A stretch of 64,000 nucleotides of DNA from Williopsis jadinii (lineage: Eukaryota). Within the stretch, counting starts at the first letter, position 1; each line of letters starts with the position of its first letter. The DNA lies in assembly GCA_024346625.1 (NCBI GenBank), contig AP024665.1, positions 682,001 to 746,000 of the forward strand, given 5' to 3'. Made by a program: the position numbers and the translations under genes. The notes under the pieces were generated by a model. It did not search any database. It had not been told where the DNA came from and was given only the letters and a program-made list of their open reading frames with translations. Positions 44,464 to 57,143 of this stretch are shown here, one piece after another.

Positions 44464-47400
44464 AGAAGAGCCTCCTCCTTGTCGCCATGTAGAAGGACAC
44501 ACCTCTTCATTTTTGAATTTTAATCAGCTGGACTGATTTTACATATATACACACGCAAACATTGGGTAAAGAGCTCTTTTAGTGAGCTTTATTGGAATTT
44601 ACATATATACCTACTTACAGAATTGAAGGATACCTTCGGTTCTTATGGTACGTGCCATAAATCAATCGAGATTTTATCAAGATATTCGGCGTAGTTCTCA
44701 TGACTAGTATATAATGACGAGGTAGTGAAAATGATACACATTTTCTCGTACTCTCCGGATGGTGTATTTTCTGTCACACTAATAGTCAACTGATGCTGCA
44801 CTTTCAGATCTATTTGACCGGTAGCTCGAATTACGGTGAATATCCAGCTGGTTTCGTTGTTTAGCCTAACACAGAGTGCGTTTCATGGCACTTGACGTAA
44901 GCTGTCACCTAAGTTTTCGCAACAGATACAGCCAAAATGTACCCCAACAACTCACATCTGAAAAATCATCCGGTACTGTATGAAATGCTTTTTATATCTA
45001 TTAGCATTCCCTTATCATGTCTTCGATCATGGCTAACTGTTGTGTTTTCAACAGGATGCACCATGATATGGGTTCTTACTGAACCAAGTGCGGCTTAGTC
45101 TCCTGGGTACAGGAAGAGTATTCCAGATAAGACTTGTTGAACGGAATTTCTTTCTCATAAAACTATACAAGCGGGTATCTCTCTACATCCTCGTGATGGG
45201 GGGGGGGCTCACCAAATGAACTCGCGAGTTGCCATGGTGTTTACAGGTTGTTATTGTTCCGTCCTTATTTGATGATCACCCAGTGTTTAAACTCAATTAT
45301 CTTTGGAATTTGTCTATATGTTCTTGTGCTAGTGGATAGTAATGAATGGAGGACTGTTACCGTGCTCATCATGATAAACCACCGCATTCATGATGGTTTT
45401 GGCATAGACTTTTTATCTTCTGAGATTTTGTATCATCATGACCTCTGCAATCAACCGGTATGAGATATTGATAGTTTACTAAAAAGCCTTTACACTGCTC
45501 CTCAATCTCGTTGATTTCCAAGCAATTTATTCTAACATTGTGGTTGCAGATTGTTAATACACATGTTTAGTATCCAATTCACAAATATATGGAAGGCTTT
45601 AAGAGGAAGAGACATACCGAAGATCCTACATTATAGGTAGTGTTGACGTATGACCATGATATTTAAACTATGCCATTGGAAGTCAGAGTCGACTCTACCT
45701 AACTTTCAAAAAGACTTAGTCCGACAGTTGATGGAAACCAACATTCCATAAAGGAGATGTGAGATAATTGTGTGAAAGTCTTTTTGGGCTTGATGAAATC
45801 TCTCTACATCGCAATTACCAAAGAATGTACTCAGTGTAATCATGGCCTGTAATGATCTGTTTCCCATTATCCATACATAGCCAGTTCTAGACCGAAACCA
45901 GAACTTGTGTATTATTTCAATCTCTAAAAGAATCACGAGGTATGGTGAGAATTGATATTCCTGTCTTTCCATCTTACTATCACAGTTTTTGGTATATTTC
46001 CACTCCACAGGATAAGGCTCAAATATGCTCTTATGTAACGTTAACCATTGCACTGCTTTCTGAAAAGCACATATATCGTAATCGGATAAAATCAACTCTA
46101 TTAATCTAACGCACCTCCAAAATTGTGAGTAACCTCCACCACGTATCAGCCCCAGCTTCACTAAAGTTCCGGAAAGTACCGACTGAAAGTTGCTGCTATA
46201 GCTCAATTCCAAACACACACCCTTTCTATAGTCGCGTGAAAATGACCGTTATGTCTGCGTTGATAGCCCTTTTACATTCATTGGACCAAATGTCGATCCA
46301 GGTTTCAAAACTGTCTCGAATGTCAGCAAAAGCTTTAGACACCCGACTGCTGACAAGTGAAAGCAATACATAGCTTTTGGTGTAGTGTATTAGAGAAATT
46401 GAGAACTAAAATCGTGCTCGACTGCAATTATCTACAGACTTAAAATTTTGGTATACTGACTGGTTTGATGCCGAAGTTCTTCCTTGTCGTTGAATGATTC
46501 TCGTACGTATTATACTCCCCAAAGGTACATGGTCTTATCATCTTTGTAAATACTTAGTATTCAAATTTTTGTTTGACTCGGGTTACACCGATTAGCTATT
46601 ATTGATGAGGAGTTTTTCTTTATCTCCACCCAAGATAAGCAATCATGTAAACTGTTATCCGGAGGATGAGTAAACTACTGTGTTCATGGTTCTAGAACTA
46701 TAGGCATCCTCAGTAATCACACAAAAATCCAATCGCACTACTCCGGAGCACAGTTACCAACCTAGAAACCATCACCGCCTTTAAAACCTAGAAGATTGTT
46801 TGGTTACAGCACATTGATATCTTGATCAAGGTTGAAACACTAAAGTTGAGTCAATGCGCTTGGCACTGAAGCAGTAAGACAACGATAAACACTGCGAACT
46901 AGCTACTGCAACGTCGGTAGTGTCCGGACCTTTCAGCCAGTTGGGTCATGAATATTGGCCGCCCCAAAGCCTCTTTCTTATCATGCAGTAAGGTAACCTT
47001 GATGAGGTCTTCACTTTTGCAGTATACTTGTGCATTTCCCTGTCAAGTACCAAGTTTTGGATATTATCTCGACAGTGTCCAATGTCGAGCATGTGGGATA
47101 AGATTTGAGCTAGCAGGTGTCACAGACAAGTAAGCCAAGTCCAAACAACTTGGTCTAGAAAAGTATACGTAAAAGAATACAGTGTACGAACGTTATAGAG
47201 AGGCGTTCAAGGAGGCTTCTACAACTTACTAATAATAGGTCGACCACAACAAAGTCGTGGTGTATACTTCATATAGAATAGAAGTTTATTGAGCTGAAGA
47301 AGTACAACAAGTACTGATGTGGTGAATTGCAGAAACCAAATGCACAGAGCTCTATGCACGCCCATTGAATCATACACCTAAATATTGAATGACAAAAGGA

Positions 47401-49383
47401 GTCAAATGTCAGGAAGGGAATGAGGGGATAGGTCCTGAAATATTATAAAACTGTTATTTCACAGTTTCACGTTACACTTATGGAATGATATGATTCACAT
47501 GCATTTACTTGATGTGTGTACCTTGGAAAAATTTTCCCCCAGGCTCGGAAGCACTTTATAAGTTTCTAATTGATGAAATGCCTACACGAACAATGTCGTC
47601 TCAATCGGGGTTTCGGTATCAAGTGAATTGATGTCTCGAATAATCTACTTGAATCATCGGTCTTCTTTATGCGGTGTACAACTAAACAAACGCCCTAACG
47701 ATTCGAGGAGTTGTTCAGCAAAGTTGGTGACTTCTCTACATATAAACCACAAGTTACAACAGAAGCTTACGTCGAGATGTCTTTTGTCACATGCAACGTT
47801 GTAGGCACCATATGAATACTTGCACACATAAGATCCCCTCTTTGGATCATTTTAGGAGAAAGTTGTTGCTAACATCATACTTGCAGTAAATGGTACATAT
47901 TATCTGGTTCGCAAGTTCGAACTAATAAGCATAGCTCATAATTAGAGAGTGTTCGAACAAAGAGTTTTTTGTAGTAGAATAGTAGTGCTTTGATCATAAA
48001 AATCCGCATCTGCAACAGGGAACTACGATGTGTGTAGAAGCAAATCTGAGTACTAGTTTTCATGTACTTTCATTTCACTACTGTGGTCAGATTAATGAAC
48101 AAATATCATACACGGATGAGTATCTTCGATGAAGACCAGCCCGCCTGACCAATGGTTTGTACCAAAAAAATGAATTACAGCGATCATTGTTCAACTGTGG
48201 GAATTCCTAATAACTTTAGCTGTGGTTTGGTCCCTCACTCACCTAGGGGTTTCAGCAAATACGCACTACAATTTCCTACAGGCTAACGAACATGCAGGAT
48301 TGGGCGGATTCCACAATTTTTGAAATTTCTGATATTGATAACGAGTTTAATGCATGGTGTAGGTTATCAGTTATCAGCTGGTCATTTCTGTTTTAACATG
48401 TATCTAGCAATTCTCTTTATCTCACGTGGAGTAGAGAACATCGAGATGAAATGTATATCTCTAAAAAAAGGATACAGTCATCTTTTGTGATGACTATTGG
48501 GAGGGGGGTAATAGCTGAGTACAAAAAGTCCTCAAATATGTGATGCAACCTTCAAAAACGGTTCTAGCTTTTCTTTTGTATCCTAAAAGAGTAGCTCTAG
48601 TTAACACACCCAATGATCCGTGCCGGGCGCATACATGAGCAAAAACAAATTGAAAAGGGAGCACAATCATTTCTCCATTTTTAAACTTTCCTTTTTTGGT
48701 CTGTGTGGTTGTTCGAAGTTTGCCCGCCTTTTAAAAATTATCACACCGTTGCACAAAGTGAGTCGATTGATGTGGCTCGAGACAAAAGGCAAACATCCAA
48801 TTAAACTTTTGTCCCAAAAAATGCTTGGACAAGTAAATTTTATGCAACTGTAATTCCTAACGAGTTCTAAGGTGTATTGTACATACACCGTTGAAACCCA
48901 ACGGTAAGGGCAGACAACTTGGGAGGGGACTGACTGAGATATTTGTTCGCAGCTTCGCATAACTAAGTGGCCAACTTCAACTAAAACGTTTCAAAATTTC
49001 ATATCTAACCACTAGAGTATCCGGGTAATGTATGGTGCAATCTTCAATTTCTAATTAATGTCCCCACGAAAGGAAAAAAAAAGTAGTGCTGTTTGTCCCA
49101 ACATGCACGGTGGATTTGTCTTATGCACTATGCATATTTCAACACCCGTTTAAACGGTTAAGAGTTTACAAGTTGCGACCGTTGTCCATGCGTATTCGCA
49201 GTCTCCCAAACTCTTTTTTTTTCTTTTCTCTAGGCGCAGGTGTGTAAGTGATCTTTCCTTATAAGTAACCACAGTTCGCCGGTACAAAACTTGGAGCTCC
49301 ACAAAGAAATTCTGGGAAGACGTTATTTGGATCATTAACGACAACAACAGCATCTATTTCAACGTTTAATCGTTTTATTCTTA

Positions 49384-50280
49384 ATGTCATTATATCTAGA
49401 TACTCTATCGGTCTCACCAGCAGTTGAGCCGTTCACATTCACAATGGATGGTTTGGATGAGGAGACCGATGAACTAGGCATACAAACGCCACTATCACCA
49501 GCACCAGGGGATCGTTCAGCAAATACATCAGCTCCAAGTTTTGAAAGCATTCTTAGTGGTAAGAGTATAGCACCATTCTCAAGGATTGCCTTTCTGGATT
49601 TCCTTAGGAAAATCCACTGTTCAGAGAACTTGGAGTTTCTTATGACTGCTGACAGTTATCTCACCACTTTGAACGATCCATCAACAAGAAAACACATTTG
49701 GCATTACATTTACACGAACTATATATCCACATACGCTTTGAAAGAGGTGAACATACCTCATGATACCAGATCAAAACTTACAGATTATTTCGAAACTGAC
49801 ACTTTACCGAAAGATTGCGATATTGTCGAATGTATGATGATCATCAAGGAACTCTTACGCGATGCATACTTTCAGTTCATTCAACATGCTAAAAGACAAT
49901 CTCTCTCAGAGCGTTTCTTCTCGGAGTACAGCATATTACCATCGCCTTCGGATGAGGATATTCCCCGTTCTCATGGTAGACGTACCTCTGAACATCCATG
50001 TCCTCTAGATCTCAATGCTCCTGTGTCAGAGCGCTCCATTTCCCCTATTGAGGTAACCGAGGTGATTGATGTAAGACCAAGGGAAGTACCACGTTCTACT
50101 GACACAGATGAAAGCAGCGGAGAGGAGTATAGGGATAAGAAGAACTCGCTTTCAAGCAATAAATCAATCAGCACAAAGAATTCAAGCTTTTCTGAAGGGT
50201 ACGGGTTGAAGAAACTCGCTGGCAAGTTCAAATGGAGACGTATGTCTTCAAATTCTTCAACTGGTACACACCAACTTTAA
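49384..50280 (+). CDS. RGS2: RGS-domain protein (Rgs2-like)
   Basis: RGS box PFSRIAFLDFLRKIHCSENLEFL..YI...ALKEVNIP; low-complexity C-terminus. Confidence 0.8.
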   Translation: MSLYLDTLSVSPAVEPFTFTMDGLDEETDELGIQTPLSPAPGDRSANTSAPSFESILSGKSIAPFSRIAFLDFLRKIHCSENLEFLMTADSYLTTLNDPSTRKHIWHYIYTNYISTYALKEVNIPHDTRSKLTDYFETDTLPKDCDIVECMMIIKELLRDAYFQFIQHAKRQSLSERFFSEYSILPSPSDEDIPRSHGRRTSEHPCPLDLNAPVSERSISPIEVTEVIDVRPREVPRSTDTDESSGEEYRDKKNSLSSNKSISTKNSSFSEGYGLKKLAGKFKWRRMSSNSSTGTHQL

Positions 50281-51949
50281 CGATTAATGATTTAATTACG
50301 GCGGTTATAGATAAATGATGATTGAATGTACATCGTTTGGGACCAAACGTACAGAATTGTAGTAATTTGGCTCAATTGTTCTTTCATGACAACCTTGGAA
50401 TGCCCCAACCAAACAAAAAACCGTGAGATTGGGAGATTTTTTATGTAGAGGGCTAAAACGTGTGTGATCCATGTGGCTACTACCGGGCGCCGGAACATTT
50501 AAACGGAAATTTGACTAGATAGGGGGAACAGGAACGAACAGTAGCGCACTCCTCTCTCAATCTATTACATGGTTAAGAGCATATCTTTGCAGTTGCAATA
50601 GTAGCAACGCAATATCGAGAAGATGAAAGTGACGATCGTACTCTAGTGCATCTCGCTATCTTTAGAGTTCTGTAGCAACTATATAGCGTTTGAATCAATC
50701 TTAATTTGCAACAACCATGCCAACGGTTTATTATTTCTCTTTGCATAGTACATAACTGTAAACCTCTCAGAACTGGATCCTGGGTCTTTGAATGTGCCAC
50801 TTGGAGTTAACTGCGCCTGTATATGTTTGAATTCTGACACCAGGAGACGTATATATAGGCACTTCGATCAGTAAACGAGTGCTTTTCACCCCACCCAGTT
50901 TCGATAGCTGAGGGTCTCCTTTCTGCCGGTTTAACCAAAATCTGTTACATTGTCTGGTACGAATTTCCCTTTGAGGCCGAATATATGCGGTAAGAGAATT
51001 AACTTTCAACTGCCCAAGACGACGTTTGTCTGCATTGAGCTAAGAAAGCAATGCTAGCAGAATGACTATCCACTGTTCAAAATTGTATCACCCAAACATG
51101 TCTAATATGCTAATATATGATCTACTCTGGAGTCTCTCACAGGTTGGGGGTGGGTGTTTTTTTTTTTAAGTTTAGATTGACTAGGACTACAAGAGTTGCC
51201 CAAAAAGGTGTTCTGTTGTAGACCTTCGCGCCAAATGTGAAACTGCTGTCGGGGTACGAAAAGGCACGCCAAAATGACAGGAAAAGTGTCCGATATGGGC
51301 AATTCAAGCCTAAAAATTCAAGCCCTTCCAGCTGGGAAAATTTTACGAAGCATACAACGGACCTTTTACAAGCTCCTTATCGCTCGTATTGTATACCATC
51401 CAGTCCAGAAGGGACCAGACGTTCTCATCATCATGAGCCAGTGTAGACCACCCACACACCACCCGTCGTTCATGCAGCTGGAAGACGTGTGGCTTTACCA
51501 CCTTGTCTGGGCACGCATGCAACCGCGAAACACATCGCTGAGTTCATCGACATCTACCCCAAAAGCACTCGAAAAATGTCACATCTTGTCCTTCAGTTCA
51601 ATTTGTTTTCTCCATAATCCACCAGCGATTGGCCTTCAAATGTCAAGTCATGGGGACACGCCTCTCGAGAATGACTGAAGAGTAGACGATCAAGACATGC
51701 ACCGGCTGTGGGACAATAAAATACACACTGTCTCTGGCCAGCCGCACCTTCCACTGTGCCTTGTGCAACCTGTTTGTCGACCGCGACATCCTCATCAAAT
51801 GTCTTATCGCATCTCAGTAAGACACCAACACAAACAAGGAGCGCGTTCATGCTCCTCTAAAGAAATCACTACCTTTTTGCTGTCTCTAAAGAGCACAGAA
51901 AGGTATGATCATGAACGAAAACGACTTCAAGATACGCCAGCCCTGTGTC

Positions 51950-52096
51950 GTGAGTAACTGTATAGCTGAAAATATTAGACATGCAAGACCATATTGATGA
52001 CTCGAACGTACAACAAGATTCAATAGAAACCCATATGTTTATAGAACCTGTCAATGAGCTTTGTTAACTAACAATCACTTCTTTTTATATCTTTAG
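51950..52096 (+). other. Candidate spliceosomal intron (147 nt) in an unannotated transcript
   Basis: GTGAGT donor, AACTAAC branch 52066-52072, pyrimidine tract, TAG 52094-52096. Confidence 0.5.
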
Positions 52097-54578
52097 CTTT
52101 GTTCTTCCTTAAGTTTTGGAACTGGACAGTGATAAATGTTCACTTTCGTGAATGTGCTAAGTGGGTCACAGTGCTGACTATGACCTCTACCGTCTTTACA
52201 ACTCCCAGCCTTGCATACAGAGTTCGGATTTTGCGATTACACCAATCTTTTGAACTAGGGAATATTCAACCAACAGATTTTTCTAAGTTCTGGACTGGTT
52301 TCATGAGTCCAACTCTATATGTTCACGAAAGCCCTCATAAAAACTAATCGTAACCGTAAAGAGAAGTATTTGTTGATACTTGATACTGCACTACCAATAG
52401 GAAATTTGCTGACATATGTAAACGCATAACAAAAGCCAGGTAGTGAACTATCCAACCGCACTTTTGCCGATATGCAGCACGAAATGTCGATGAAAGGTAA
52501 CCTATCAGTTTAAAGATTGGCAGTGGTTATTAATCATACCATGGACAAAAACAAAATATACTACTAACCGTACAAATTGATTGGGAAACGTTGAGGGGCA
52601 ATACAGATTTGACGCACGTTCTTGGCCTGGACCGTAATAATATTCACCTCTCCATCCTCCTAAATCAACACATGATTTGTTATGCACAAAGCTACTCTTG
52701 AATTCAGATTGCTACCGATCATCTTTCGATTTAATCCTATTCTGATGCCAAATATTATGTGCGGGGGAAATCGCTGTCGAAGTATATGTCTCAGCCAGTA
52801 ATATTAATAAGAACATCTTGACTATTTTGTGGGACATATATGTACTTGCAGGAATTTGGCGCTGTTAGACCTTGCGAGTTGTCGCGTGTTGATGCAGGTG
52901 CAAAATTTTTTGAAGTGGACATGAGTTACGCACTTGGCCAGATCACCTTTGGAAGTTGGGACAAATTGGGACAAAATTGTCCACTTTTTACGGCTCAGTA
53001 CACATAAGTTTCAGCACCCCAAATTAAAAACATACGATATCGTGGAATATTATTTCACTGTTAACAAAGTAACATGACAAGAAACCCTATAGGAGAGTAG
53101 GTGGCGAGTAGTCTTTATATTCAGAGTTTAATTTAAACAGAATTTGCTCGCCTACAAAATTGTATGCATTTGCCGTGTAGTTACGAATTGGAAATCAACG
53201 TGTGTAAAATTGGCTTCACGGCAGTTCAGCGTCTGTAAGAATGGTTATTTCTTCACAGATCAATATTCACAGGGAGAGGTGAGTCTGTATGCATTTACAT
53301 GCTTTCTTGTACTCTGAACAAGAAAAGTAAAAAGGTGCTACGAACACTAAGTTTTAACACAATATTAAGCATGTCACATTAATGTCCGGTTCTTTAATTT
53401 GGCATAAAGGCAGCAGTATCGAGTACAATTGATCAGGACAAATCGAGACCCGCAGTTAGCGTGACATTAACCATTTTACATGATCCAATTTCCAAAATTT
53501 TCTCAACCATATTCAGTTCAACAAATTGATACGCCATGGTTGGCTTGATGTGTCACGTCATCATGTCCTGATGGAAAATCTTTTTTCCCTGGATCTAGAG
53601 GCGAAACTGCCTTGTCCATCTTCCTTGACGCGAGCTAATAATCTCGACACCCAAGAAACAAAACGACAGGGAGACATCTTGACTTAATGATGTAATATAG
53701 TCTTCAGGATGTCATATTTTGTCCTGAGTCAGAACGCCCAGCAAAATACATCTAAGATTGTAGCGCACACCTCTAAATTTCAGTAACGGCGTTTGATATA
53801 AAATGTGAACTTGAACATCACCTCGCATTGTGGGGATTCAACCAAAGAAAAGTACACCCATCTTTCTAAGAAACTGTACGTGGCTAATTCTGAGTTTGCA
53901 GTTTGACCACCAAGTAGCACTGGGATACACATATACAGTCTATTGAGCGAACAGGCTATTCTCGTTACACTTTTGGAAGATTATATGAATCGACCTGCTA
54001 ATATGGATTCTGAATCAAAATCCTTTAATTTCCTATAAGCTTCGTGCTGTAAATCTCTAAACGCCAATGACTAAACTTATGAACAAGAAGAAGGTAGATT
54101 CAGCCACAGCAGCACGAAATCGAGGCCAGTGCACACAGCAGCTTGGCAGATACCAGCCTTGATTTAAGCTTTGTTCAAGCATTTGAGCGCTTTCCTATGT
54201 CTGTTTCCCCTCTTATATCGACCTTCATCTTGGTGGCCTGTGATCTGACATTTTCTTAAGTGGTTAGCATCTTAACAATAATTGTAAACTATGCATCGTA
54301 TGTAGATACCCCAAATCCAATCTTCTCCAATATCAAAGAATCATCTCTTCCGGGAAGTGAGTTATTCTTTAACGGAATTCCTTTGCTGACTGGACAAAAT
54401 TCTATAAGATTGTGTTGAAGCCTTGAAAGCAACCTCTTCTTGTCAATAATAAGAGGGAAGCACCTCAACACATACATATCTCTACAGGCTAGGCAGAAAC
54501 AGGGCTTACATTCCTCAGCATGAAAAGCATCGCTTAATCGCACTATTGTAAAGTAAATAACACAAATAAAGAAGCATA

Positions 54579-55784
54579 TTAATTACCCTTTGGATTAAAC
54601 CCACTTGAAGGACCAGCTCCAGAGTTGAATTCATTATCATTAGCCATTCTCGCTCTTTGCTTTAACAACTCCAACTCGTTATTGTTTCTCTGTTCTCCTT
54701 TCTCCACAACAAGATTCCTCAAGAGTCGATTCTCCATCTCCAACGTTTGGATCTTCTTTTCCAAAGTCATAGACAATTCAGTCAATTCACGTACACTTCT
54801 TTCCAATTGTTGCTCTTTCAACTTTTTCTTGATTCTAAATCTTGCAGAGGCCGCAGTATTGCGACGTCTCTTGTCAAGCTCAACATCGCCAGTAGGTTCA
54901 ACTTTGATGTCAGCCAATTCAGGCGGCAGTTGTGCATTCTCATTGTTTCGTAACGACTGTGCAATACTTGAGGAGGAAGCTGGAGTTTGAGCCGAAGATT
55001 CCGTGGAGAGAGACGTTGTCAGTGGATTAACTGAAATACTATTCAGAGGAGAATGAGCCTGGAACGTTTGATCTATGGAATTGAGCCTCGACGTACTGCC
55101 CAATGAATTCTGTGGCAATGGCGATGTCGACTCAGCTGATCCACCTTGGTGCTGTGCGATTAAAGCTGCAAGGGCATCGATCTGTGTTTGAGATAACCCT
55201 GCTGCAATCAAAGATGACTGTGCTCCTGGGGGAACGTGTACTTTTGGTAAAGTTGACAAAAGGTCAGTAGGTTTCCCATTAGTGCGTGAGTTATTACTCC
55301 CGGTGTTGATTGAGGACGGGTATATGTTTGCACTCGGTGAGCTATGATTACTCAGAGAGTTTAGCGGTAGCATGCTGTTGATCCCATTACCAAATGAGTT
55401 GATAGGCAATCCAGCAGTGTGATTTGAAATTCCAAGATTACTGGAATTAGTACCGTTGTTCAAATTGTTGAATAATAGCGATTGGCCATTCAGATTTAAG
55501 TCACCGTTAGTCACACCATTGTTGTTGTTGTGGCCTTCGTTATTATCGTTTTCTTCAGGCTTCTTTGGCTTCTCCTCATCTGGGAAGATGAAGGAGTCAT
55601 CAGCAAAGGCGCTAAGCTCCGCAGTGAGCCTTTCGTCAAGTTGTGTAGGATCGTCAATTTCAGGCATGAATGTATCAACGTATACTAGCTGTTCCAATAA
55701 TGCTGCTGGGGTGATGTTGTCATTATATGGAGTCTGATATTGAGGGTCAGTGCCTGCATTTGTATTTGAACTCCCGTTGTTCAT
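54579..55784 (-). CDS. MET4: bZIP sulfur regulator Met4 (MetR/Cys-3-like)
   Basis: Met4 N-terminal boxes LLEQLVYVD and LSAFADDSFIFPDEEKP; VPPGA..SL..AGLS..QIDAL; bZIP KRRRNTAASARFRIKKK with leucine zipper. Confidence 0.88.
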   Translation of the reverse strand: MNNGSSNTNAGTDPQYQTPYNDNITPAALLEQLVYVDTFMPEIDDPTQLDERLTAELSAFADDSFIFPDEEKPKKPEENDNNEGHNNNNGVTNGDLNLNGQSLLFNNLNNGTNSSNLGISNHTAGLPINSFGNGINSMLPLNSLSNHSSPSANIYPSSINTGSNNSRTNGKPTDLLSTLPKVHVPPGAQSSLIAAGLSQTQIDALAALIAQHQGGSAESTSPLPQNSLGSTSRLNSIDQTFQAHSPLNSISVNPLTTSLSTESSAQTPASSSSIAQSLRNNENAQLPPELADIKVEPTGDVELDKRRRNTAASARFRIKKKLKEQQLERSVRELTELSMTLEKKIQTLEMENRLLRNLVVEKGEQRNNNELELLKQRARMANDNEFNSGAGPSSGFNPKGN

Positions 55785-55975
55785 CTTGTACTAATGATCC
55801 ACCTCAAATGAGCAATACCGTTACACAGAAAAAAAGAAATGAACCCAAGGGGGATAAGTACGTGATGGTTAGTTAGTCAGTTCTTTATGGGAGTGAATGA
55901 AAAGTGTGAAAACTGTTTTCTCGGTTGATCCTGTGGTTTGTTTTGGAAATGACTTTCAATGGTAAAGCCATGAAC

Positions 55976-56076
55976 AAAATTGTGGCTCAGTTGGTTTCTA
56001 AAATTTTCTAGGGCTTCTGTGGTGGCGTTACTACATTGCACGTGAGGCTTTTTGGTATACCTCACGTGACTGTGGC
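55976..56076. promoter_or_regulatory. Cbf1 and Met31/32-type sites upstream of MET4
   Basis: AAAATTGTGGC 55976-55986; CACGTGA 56039-56045; TCACGTGAC 56062-56070 followed directly by TGTGGC. Confidence 0.65.
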
Positions 56077-56571
56077 ATTCTATGTGTCAAAAAATTTCGC
56101 TTCGTGTATGTGGCGGTCTCCAGAAAGTCTAAAGCTGCTATTAGGGTTTTCAACATGCGCTTTGAATATCGTTCTCGGAGTGCCTTAGGGTTTTTTTGGT
56201 TAGGACATTAGGTTTTGCAGAGAAGGGCAGTTGGAGGTGTAATAGTAGACCATGAAGGACGGGCCCTGGATTTGTACTATGAGCGACTTACACTCCTTAC
56301 TAATATAGCATATGAAATAGATGGGACAAGTTCCACTATTACACTGGTAATTGTTATTTGGAGTACAGGAACATGTGAACATTGCTATGGTCTTAAGCGC
56401 AATCTACAGTGAGGTGTTCCCAGTACTGGATGATATTTACTGGGAGCCTCACTTTGACGGGTTATAGTACACTACATACGGTGGTTTTCTGTTTTTATGT
56501 TCTTTACAGCAACTTTGAGGCGTGGATTTGTCATCTATAAAGCCATGGGTGTTTTCCACCAACTGGAAAGT

Positions 56572-56592
56572 GTGGTGGTGGTGGTGGTGGTG
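56572..56592. repeat. (GTG)7 microsatellite
   Basis: Read directly from the sequence. Confidence 0.95.
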
Positions 56593-57122
56593 ATTATTGT
56601 GGAGTTGGGGGTAGATAAAAAGCTACTCAGTTGTGGCTTGTAGTACCCCCAATACTGGAGCTTGGGATGTAAAAAACGCGGCACTTGGACTTTACAGTCA
56701 AGTTCCGATTGAAGTTGCTGAACAGAGCTACATCTGTGCTATCTTTGATGTGATGATGTGTTAGAATTTTTTCGAACTGAGATTGATTCACTTCTCCGTT
56801 TTCTGCTTGTGTCCACTGTCTGTGACATCATTGGACTTCTTTGCTTCAACGCTCAAACATATAGACCAAAATCAAAGTGGTGGAATTTTGCCCCAGAAGT
56901 TTGCATACGTACCTGATAGTGGAAGTGTACAGGTCAATGAGGACAGATGGACCACATAAACACGGTGTTTCTTCACATGGTGTTTACTCCGTATCAATAG
57001 CTATCACTGGAATGCAAGGGGAAACTATATTTCTTTTGGCGATAATTCTTGAATCTGCAGTTCTATATGGAATATCATGAAAAGCCACAGCTTGATCAAG
57101 TGGGTAAAACTCTGGAGGTGAC

Positions 57123-57143
57123 GATGATGATGATGATGATGAT
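57123..57143. repeat. (GAT)7 microsatellite
   Basis: Read directly from the sequence. Confidence 0.95.

Noticed and set aside
45706..46218. 170-aa minus-strand ORF in the gene-poor region
   Set aside because: GTG start, random-looking composition, no transposon or known domain motifs; cannot be supported without a search
47786..47793. CDEI-like GTCACATG suggesting a point centromere
   Set aside because: No highly AT-rich CDEII or CDEIII follows, and point centromeres are not expected in this lineage
51994..52058. C/D snoRNA inside the candidate intron (TTGATGA..AACCTGTC..ATGA)
   Set aside because: D box is not CTGA, and complementarity to 25S rRNA (GACAGGUU) is only 8 nt
53680..53731. C/D snoRNA-like element (TGACT stem, ATGATGT..CTGA)
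   Set aside because: Only about 52 nt, imperfect C box, and no rRNA-complementary guide I can recognise
55785..56060. 5' UTR intron of MET4 (GACTAACTAAC on the minus strand at about 55868-55878)
   Set aside because: No convincing donor upstream, and the nearest AG is far from the branch
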